From Candidatus Eiseniibacteriota bacterium (GTDB taxonomy: Bacteria; Eisenbacteria; RBG-16-71-46), in the NCBI GenBank assembly GCA_031364845.1, contig JANLWX010000109.1:1-35107 (forward strand): DNA of 35,107 nucleotides, written 5' to 3'. The notes under the pieces are model-generated. The model saw only the letters and a list, made by a program, of their open reading frames with translations, ran no database searches and was not told where the DNA came from. Positions 29,490 through 35,107 of the stretch are shown piece by piece (positions within the stretch are counted from its first letter, which is position 1; each line of letters begins with the position of its first letter). A program made the position numbers and the translations under genes.

Positions 29490-30635
29490 ATGGGTGCCCG
29501 TCATCTCTTCACGTCCGAATCCGTCACCGAAGGCCATCCCGACAAGATCGCCGATCAGATCTCCGACTCGGTCCTCGATGCGCTGATCGCGCAGGACAAG
29601 AACAGCCGCGTGGCGTGCGAGACGCTGGTCACGACCGGACTCGCGGTGGTGGCGGGTGAGATCTCGAGCCGCGCCTATGTCGAGATTCCGGATCTGGTGC
29701 GCCGCGTGATCGGCGAGATCGGATACGACAGCGCCGAGTACGGTTTCGACAGCCACACCTGTGCGGTCATGACCACGATCGACAACCAGTCGCCCGACAT
29801 CGCGCAGGGTGTCGATACCGGCGGCGCCGGCGATCAGGGCCTGATGTTCGGCTTCGCGTGCCGCGAGACCAAGGAGCTGATGCCGCTGCCTATCATGCTC
29901 GCGCACGCGCTCACGCGGCGCCTCGCGCACGTGCGGCGCAAGGGCATCATTCCGTACCTGCGTCCCGACGGAAAGTCGCAGGTCACGATCGAATACGACG
30001 GCGACCGCCCGATTCGCGTGGACACGATCGTGGTGTCGAGCCAGCACGCCGGCGGCATCGCGCAGGACAAGATCCGCAAGGACATCACGAAGCACGTGAT
30101 CGAGCCGGTGATTCCGAAGCGCCTCATCGACCGCTCGCAGAAGGTGAAGCTCCACATCAATCCGACCGGCTCGTTCGTCAAGGGCGGACCGATGGCGGAC
30201 ACTGGATTGACCGGACGCAAGATCATCGTCGACACCTACGGCGGCGTCGGCAGCCACGGCGGCGGCGCGTTCTCGGGCAAGGATCCGAGCAAGGTCGATC
30301 GCTCGGCGAGCTACGGCGCGCGCTACGTGGCGAAGAACCTGGTCGCGAGCGGCCTGTGCGATCGGTGCGAAGTCCAGATCGCCTACGCGATCGGCATCGC
30401 CGAGCCGGTCAGCATCATGGTCGAGACCGGCGGGACCGGAAAGATCAGCGATCAGAAGCTCACGAGCCTGGTGCGCAAGCATTTCGACCTCACGCCCAAG
30501 GGTTTGATCACGCATCTGAAGCTGCGCCGTCCGATCTACCGCGCGACCGCGGCGTACGGACACTTCGGGCGCAACGAGCCGACGTTCACGTGGGAGAAGA
30601 CCGACAAGGCGCGGCTGCTCGCGCGGAGCGTGTAG
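29490..30635 (+). CDS. metK: S-adenosylmethionine synthetase
   Basis: [64 protein letters not shown]. Confidence 0.98.
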   Translation: MGARHLFTSESVTEGHPDKIADQISDSVLDALIAQDKNSRVACETLVTTGLAVVAGEISSRAYVEIPDLVRRVIGEIGYDSAEYGFDSHTCAVMTTIDNQSPDIAQGVDTGGAGDQGLMFGFACRETKELMPLPIMLAHALTRRLAHVRRKGIIPYLRPDGKSQVTIEYDGDRPIRVDTIVVSSQHAGGIAQDKIRKDITKHVIEPVIPKRLIDRSQKVKLHINPTGSFVKGGPMADTGLTGRKIIVDTYGGVGSHGGGAFSGKDPSKVDRSASYGARYVAKNLVASGLCDRCEVQIAYAIGIAEPVSIMVETGGTGKISDQKLTSLVRKHFDLTPKGLITHLKLRRPIYRATAAYGHFGRNEPTFTWEKTDKARLLARSV

Positions 30636-30692
30636 CGTTTGCGGAGCACGTGCACCCGCGGGCACCGCGGATCCGCGCGAGAGTCATCCACC

Positions 30693-30730
30693 GGCGGCCG
30701 GAGCGCTTCGAGCTCCGGCCGTTCGGCTTT
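30693..30730 (+). terminator. Hairpin after metK, probable terminator
   Basis: CGGCCGGAGC (30695-30704) and GCTCCGGCCG (30712-30721) form a 10-bp perfect stem with a TTCG-containing loop, followed by TTCGGCTTT. Confidence 0.55.
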
Positions 30731-30759
30731 GCAGGCGTGAGTGCGGCGCGTGGTATCGT
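30729..30759 (+). promoter_or_regulatory. Extended -10 promoter for the 30801 gene
   Basis: TGGTATCGT (30751-30759, TGnTAnnnT), with TTGCAG at 30729-30734 (19-nt spacer). Confidence 0.45.
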
Positions 30760-30800
30760 TTTGTTGTGCAATCGACGCCCCACACCTCGGGAGGACCGCC

Positions 30801-31706
30801 ATGCCTTCGCTCCGCTTCTCGTCGCTCTTCGTCGCGGCCGGTTTGTTGACCGCCGCAACCGCCATCGCGCAGCCCACTCTCGGCTTTCGTGAGGACTTTC
30901 CGGCGGCCAACGGCACCGGCACCTGGGCGGGAGGTGCCATCGTTTCGAATCCCGGCACCGGCGGTCTCGGCGGCATCAACGATGGATACCTCGTGGTGGC
31001 GCGTGACTTTGCCGCGCAGCTCGGCACAGTGTCCACAGGACCTGAGTATCAGGGTAACTGGACCACGACTGGCATTACGCAGATTCGCCTGTGGCTGACT
31101 GATCACGGCAGCGATGAGGCGCTCGAGATCCACATCGGGATCGGAAATCAGAGTAACTTCTGGCAGTACAATCCGGGATGGCTCCCGCCGTCGGGATCGT
31201 GGGCGGTGTTTGTCGCTGACCTGTCGAGCAGCGCCAACTGGACCCGCATCATCGGTACGACGGGCACGTTCACACAAGCGCTCCAGCTGGCCGATCGACT
31301 GAATGTGCGCCACGATAACTCCCCCTATTCTCAACAACCGAACCCGTTGATCGGCGACTTCGGCGTTGACCACATCGTGCTCACCAACGGCACCGCGGGC
31401 GTGGACGACAACGGCCCGCGCGCCGGTTCGCCGATCGATCTCGCGCCGCCGTTCCCGAATCCTTCGCGCGGCCCGGTCACGCTGTCGATCGCGCAGCGCG
31501 AAGCCGGGCCGGTGAAGATCGAAGTCGTCGATGTCGGCGGCCGGCGCGTGCGCGCGGCGGAGCTGGCATCGGCCGGCGCGGGCCCGCGGGTGTGGATGTG
31601 GGACGGCCGTGACGACCGCGGGGCGCGCGTGGCGCCGGGTGCCTATCGCGTGCGCGCGACCGGGCCCTCGGGCGGTACCAGCCGTTCGCTCGTGCGGATC
31701 GACTGA
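30801..31706 (+). CDS. Secreted protein, 301 aa: beta-rich passenger domain plus C-terminal FlgD-Ig/T9SS-like domain
   Basis: SD GGAGGA; signal MPSLRFSSLFVAAGLLTAATAIA|Q; tail AGVDD...LAPPFPNPSRG...VVDVGGRRVR...WDGRDDRGARVAPGAYRVR. Confidence 0.85.
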   Translation: MPSLRFSSLFVAAGLLTAATAIAQPTLGFREDFPAANGTGTWAGGAIVSNPGTGGLGGINDGYLVVARDFAAQLGTVSTGPEYQGNWTTTGITQIRLWLTDHGSDEALEIHIGIGNQSNFWQYNPGWLPPSGSWAVFVADLSSSANWTRIIGTTGTFTQALQLADRLNVRHDNSPYSQQPNPLIGDFGVDHIVLTNGTAGVDDNGPRAGSPIDLAPPFPNPSRGPVTLSIAQREAGPVKIEVVDVGGRRVRAAELASAGAGPRVWMWDGRDDRGARVAPGAYRVRATGPSGGTSRSLVRID

Positions 31707-32746
31707 TGCACCTGCTGGTGCTGGGCGGAACCCTGTTCCTCGGCCGCGAAATCGTCGAGTCGGCACTCGCACGCGGCCATCGCGTGACGCTGTTCCATCG
31801 CGGGACCACGAACGCGGCGCTGTTCCCGCAGGCCGAGCACCTGCTCGGCGATCGGGACGGCGGGCTTGCGGTGCTCGAAGGCCGCCGATGGGACGCGGTG
31901 ATCGACACGTGCGGCTATCTGCCGCGCATCGTGCGTGCGTCGGCGGAAGCGTTGTCGGGTATGACCCCGCACTACACGTTCATCTCGAGCATTTCGGTCT
32001 ACCCCGATCACGCGACACCGGGCCTCGACGAATCGGCACCGGTCGGCGTGCTGGACGACCCGGCCGACGAGACGTTCAGCGGTGCGACCTATGGACCGCT
32101 GAAGGCGCTGTGCGAGCGCGCCGTCGACGACGCGTTTGCCGGGGAAGTCCTGCACGTGAGGCCCGGGCTGATCGTGGGTCCTCACGATCCGACCGATCGG
32201 CTGACCTGGTGGACGCGACGCATCGCGCGCGGGGGTGAGGTGCTGGTCCCCGGTGATCCCGGTGCTTCGGTTCAGCTGGTCGATGCGCGCGATCTGGCAG
32301 GTTGGACCGTTCGCATGGTCGAGGAGAGTCGCTCGGGCGTGTTCAATGCGGTGGGGCCGGCGACGGCGCTCACACTCGGGCAGGTGCTCGACGCGGGCCG
32401 GTCGGTGATCGGCGGCGACGCGCGCTTCACATGGGTCGATGAGTCCTTCCTGCTCGAGCGAGGCGTCACGCCGTGGACGGAGTTGCCGCTGTGGGTGCCG
32501 GCCGAGATGGCCGGCTTCATGCGAATCGACTCTTCGAAGGCGCACGCCGCCGGGCTCACGTTCCGGCCGGTCGAAGACACGCTGCGGGATCTTCGCGCGT
32601 GGGACTTCGCCACGCCGGTCGAGTCGCGGCCCAAGAAGCCCGAGCTTTCGTTCTCGGTCGGCATGAGCCCGGAGCGGGAGTCGGAGCTGCTCGGGGAATG
32701 GCGGGAGCGCCCGGCTGCGAGCGAAGTCCAGGGAACGACGTCCTGA
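31706..32746 (+). CDS. NAD-dependent epimerase/dehydratase (atypical SDR, isoflavone-reductase-like)
   Basis: LVLGGTLFLG, FHRG, GDRDG, DTCGY, ISSISVY, YGPLKALCE (YxxxK), RPGLIVGPHDPTDR; TGATG overlap with the upstream gene. Confidence 0.9.
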   Translation: MHLLVLGGTLFLGREIVESALARGHRVTLFHRGTTNAALFPQAEHLLGDRDGGLAVLEGRRWDAVIDTCGYLPRIVRASAEALSGMTPHYTFISSISVYPDHATPGLDESAPVGVLDDPADETFSGATYGPLKALCERAVDDAFAGEVLHVRPGLIVGPHDPTDRLTWWTRRIARGGEVLVPGDPGASVQLVDARDLAGWTVRMVEESRSGVFNAVGPATALTLGQVLDAGRSVIGGDARFTWVDESFLLERGVTPWTELPLWVPAEMAGFMRIDSSKAHAAGLTFRPVEDTLRDLRAWDFATPVESRPKKPELSFSVGMSPERESELLGEWRERPAASEVQGTTS

Positions 32747-32750
32747 ACGC

Positions 32751-33254
32751 TCAGCGCGCGCGGGGTGCTGGGAGTTTCAGTTTGCGGTAGCGCCGTCGCG
32801 GAGGGGCTTCGGAGCGTCCGCCATCTCCCGCAAACGGGTCGATCACCGTCAGGAACGCGAACCTCCGCATGGCGGAGTCGGTCGTGAGCAGTTCGCGCAC
32901 ACCGTGCTCGCGCAGAATCACCGCGCTGTCGAACCCCGCCGGGAGCGAGCCGGCTCCCAGTCCGGCCAGCACCTCACGCATCACGGCCGCATGTCTCGGC
33001 GTCGGGCCCAATGCGACCAGCGACGGGCTTCGAAACAGCTGGTCGATGAACGCGGCCGCGTCGGCGGGCGCGAGCGGGCGCGCGACCGAGTGGCGGTAGA
33101 CGACGCGCTCCACCAGTTCGTGGAGCGAGGGCCAGGTAACTGCCCACGGGGCGTCGCCGTTGACGAGGCCTTCCAGCCGGTTCGCCGCACGCGCATGTTC
33201 CGGTGCCCAGCGGTTGAGCGCGAGCGCGAGGACGCCCGTGTCGATCGCGATCAT
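32751..33254 (-). CDS. vapC: PIN-domain VapC-family toxin (mycobacterial-like subtype), 167 aa
   Basis: MIAIDTGVL, LHEL, RPLAPADA, LGPTPRH, FDSAVILREHGV, LTTD, RRF...DPF; downstream of an RHH antitoxin. Confidence 0.85.
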   Translation of the reverse strand: MIAIDTGVLALALNRWAPEHARAANRLEGLVNGDAPWAVTWPSLHELVERVVYRHSVARPLAPADAAAFIDQLFRSPSLVALGPTPRHAAVMREVLAGLGAGSLPAGFDSAVILREHGVRELLTTDSAMRRFAFLTVIDPFAGDGGRSEAPPRRRYRKLKLPAPRAR

Positions 33255-33271
33255 CGCGTGGCCCTCAGCAT
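33251..33271 (-). CDS. Putative 6-codon bridging micro-ORF (MLRATR)
   Basis: ATG overlaps the antitoxin stop (TGATG, shared A at 33271); its TGA (33253-33251) overlaps vapC ATG 33254 (ATGA). Confidence 0.3.
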   Translation of the reverse strand: MLRATR

Positions 33272-33516
33272 CAGCGCCCGTCCTCGCGCGGTGTTCGCTC
33301 GTCGCGCCATGCGGCGCGGTCCGAAGGATCCAACAGGAATGGCCCCAGATCATAGGAGGGCAGCGTGACGCGCGGGCCACGACCGGCGCGTCGTTGCAGT
33401 CCGCGCCGCAGCGTCTGCTCGATCACTTCCGTGAGCGTGCGGCCATCGGCGGTCGCGATCGCCTTGAGTTCCGCGTAGAGTGCCGAGTCGAGTACGAGTG
33501 TCGTGCGTTTATTCAT
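33271..33516 (-). CDS. vapB: Ribbon-helix-helix antitoxin (VapB/CopG-like), 81 aa
   Basis: MNKRTTLVLDSALYAELKAIATADGRTLTEVIEQTLRRGL is an RHH pattern; C-terminal LPSY...LLDPSDRAA; upstream of a PIN toxin. Confidence 0.85.
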   Translation of the reverse strand: MNKRTTLVLDSALYAELKAIATADGRTLTEVIEQTLRRGLQRRAGRGPRVTLPSYDLGPFLLDPSDRAAWRDERTPREDGR

Positions 33517-33530
33517 ATGCGAAAGCATAT
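33515..33530 (-). promoter_or_regulatory. Palindromic operator overlapping the -10 box and start codon of vapB
   Basis: ATATGC-GAAA-GCATAT perfect inverted repeat. The minus strand reads TATGCT (33529-33524), 7 nt, ATG, with no SD. Confidence 0.7.
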
Positions 33531-33566
33531 CTCTTTTCCGCGAGTGCGTGCACGGAGTTTTTTCGG

Positions 33567-33595
33567 TTGAGGTCGCCGCCCGAGTGGGGCACACT
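33567..33595 (+). promoter_or_regulatory. sigma70-type promoter of ahcY
   Basis: TTGAGG (33567-33572), 17 nt, CACACT (33590-33595). Confidence 0.5.
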
Positions 33596-33659
33596 GCGCG
33601 CCGGACACGAACGAACAACCCGCCGCCGATTCACTTCTCAGGATGAAGGAGCTTCACTG

Positions 33660-34982
33660 ATGGCATCCCGCACCAAGAAGAGCAATGGCGCCGCCACGAA
33701 CGGCGCCGCGACCAACGGTCACGCACTCGCCGGTCACGTCAAGGATCTGAAGCTCGCCCGCGAGGGCCGCATGCGCATCGAGTGGGCAGACCGGAACATG
33801 CCGGTGCTGCGCGCGATCCGCTCGCGCTTCGCCAAGGAGCGCCCGCTGCGCGGCGTCCGCATCGCCGCGTGCCTCCACGTCACGACCGAGACCGCGAACC
33901 TCGCCCGCACGCTCAAGGCGGCCGGTGCCGAAGTGTTCGTGTGCGGTTCGAACCCGCTCAGCACGCAGGACGACGTCGCCGCGGCGCTGGTCGCCCACTA
34001 CGGCATTCCGACCTACGCCATCAAGGGCGAGGATCACAAGACCTACTACTCGCACATCGTTTCGTGCATCGAGGCGCGCCCGAACATCACGATGGACGAC
34101 GGCTGCGATCTCGTGACCGTACTGCACACGAAGAAGCGCAACTACCTGCGTGACGTGTTCGCCGGCACCGAAGAGACCTCGACCGGCGTCACGCGCCTGC
34201 GGGCGATGGCGTCGGGCAAGGTGCTGCGCTACCCGGTGATCGCCATCAACGATGCCGACACCAAGCACCTGTTCGACAACCGCTACGGTACCGGCCAGAG
34301 CACGATCGACGGCATCCTGCGCTCGACCAACATGCTCATCGCCGGCTCGACCGTGGTGATCATCGGCTACGGCTGGTGCGGCCGCGGTGTCGCGACCCGC
34401 ATGAAGGGCCTCGGTGCGACGGTGCTGGTCACCGAGATCGATCCGGTGAAGGCTCTGGAAGCGGCGATGGACGGATTCCAGGTCGTGTCGATGGCGGCGG
34501 CTGCCCCGCGTGGCGACCTGTTCGTCACGCTCACCGGCAACAAGTCGGTGATCCGCCGCGAGCACTTCGCCGCGATGAAGGACGGCGCGATCGTCGCCAA
34601 CAGCGGACACTTCAATGTCGAGATCGACATCCCCGCACTCGATCGCATGTCCTCCGGCAAGCGCCGCGTGCGTGAGAACGTCGACGAGTACAAGCTGCCG
34701 GGCGGACGCCGTGTGCACGTGCTCGGCGAAGGCCGCCTCATCAATCTGGCCGCCGCCGAAGGCCACCCGGCGATGGTGATGGACATGTCCTTCGCGAATC
34801 AGGCGCTGTCGGTCGAGTACCTCCGCAAGAAGGCGAAGACGCTGAAGAAGGACGTTTATGTCGTCCCGAAGGCGATCGACGAGGAAGTCGCGCGCCTCAA
34901 GCTGAAGACGATGGACATCACGATCGACACGCTGACGGTGGAGCAGGAGAAGTACCTGCGCACCTGGAGCGAAGGCACCTAG
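33660..34982 (+). CDS. ahcY: Adenosylhomocysteinase (SAH hydrolase), 440 aa
   Basis: SD AAGGAG; MPVL, ACLHVT, NPLSTQD, DDGCD, EETSTGV, KHLFDNRYGTGQS, GYGWCGRG, GHFNVEID, GRLINL, GHP..VMDMSF. Confidence 0.98.
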   Translation: MASRTKKSNGAATNGAATNGHALAGHVKDLKLAREGRMRIEWADRNMPVLRAIRSRFAKERPLRGVRIAACLHVTTETANLARTLKAAGAEVFVCGSNPLSTQDDVAAALVAHYGIPTYAIKGEDHKTYYSHIVSCIEARPNITMDDGCDLVTVLHTKKRNYLRDVFAGTEETSTGVTRLRAMASGKVLRYPVIAINDADTKHLFDNRYGTGQSTIDGILRSTNMLIAGSTVVIIGYGWCGRGVATRMKGLGATVLVTEIDPVKALEAAMDGFQVVSMAAAAPRGDLFVTLTGNKSVIRREHFAAMKDGAIVANSGHFNVEIDIPALDRMSSGKRRVRENVDEYKLPGGRRVHVLGEGRLINLAAAEGHPAMVMDMSFANQALSVEYLRKKAKTLKKDVYVVPKAIDEEVARLKLKTMDITIDTLTVEQEKYLRTWSEGT

Positions 34983-35107
34983 TCGGAGTCAGAGGACACC
35001 GCTTTGGGGGTTGGGCGCGGGGCGCGTGGCGGCGACCGTTGTGACGATAAGTGTCGCAGATCGCTCCGTGGCGCCGTGCACACGGTGCCCGCGACCGCCG
35101 GGAAGGG

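Noticed and set aside
33596..33659. SAH riboswitch upstream of ahcY
   Set aside because: No GAGGAGCG...CAGGCUC-type consensus is visible, and the leader is short.
34983..35107. Possible gene start or CRP-like site after ahcY
   Set aside because: Too little sequence; the TGTGA...TCGCA spacing is 9 rather than 6 nt and there is no recognisable protein motif.

Overview
High-GC bacterial chromosome segment. Gene content and the C-terminal domains of its secreted proteins suggest an FCB-group diderm such as Ca. Eisenbacteria (inference). 1-11.6 kb: two giant divergent secreted proteins. One is a >1624-aa minus-strand beta-helix/InlB-B-repeat protein that the ORF track misses because it runs off the window edge. 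The other is a 2046-aa S8 protease with three nested repeat modules and an FlgD-Ig/T9SS-like tail. 11.7-30.6 kb: housekeeping run rplU-rpmA, mdh-kdsB-pyrG-kdsA-kdsC-kdsD, lptC-lptB-rpoN-hpf-hprK, a complete mannose-family PTS (IIA, IIB, IIC, IID, HPr, EI), a PGI/PMI-like SIS protein, a sugar-phosphate nucleotidyltransferase and metK. 30.8-35 kb: a small FlgD-Ig secreted protein, an NAD-dependent epimerase/SDR, a vapBC pair and ahcY. Most notable signals: (i) five short intergenic spacers are exactly bridged by 6-29 codon micro-ORFs that start at the upstream stop codon and end in an ATGA overlap with the downstream start, mostly where a Shine-Dalgarno is weak or missing; (ii) a 4-helix-junction inverted-repeat element and a sigma54 -24/-12 site lie upstream of the operon that encodes rpoN itself; (iii) KdsA has K->E in its KANRS motif; (iv) lptA is absent and LptC looks lipidated.
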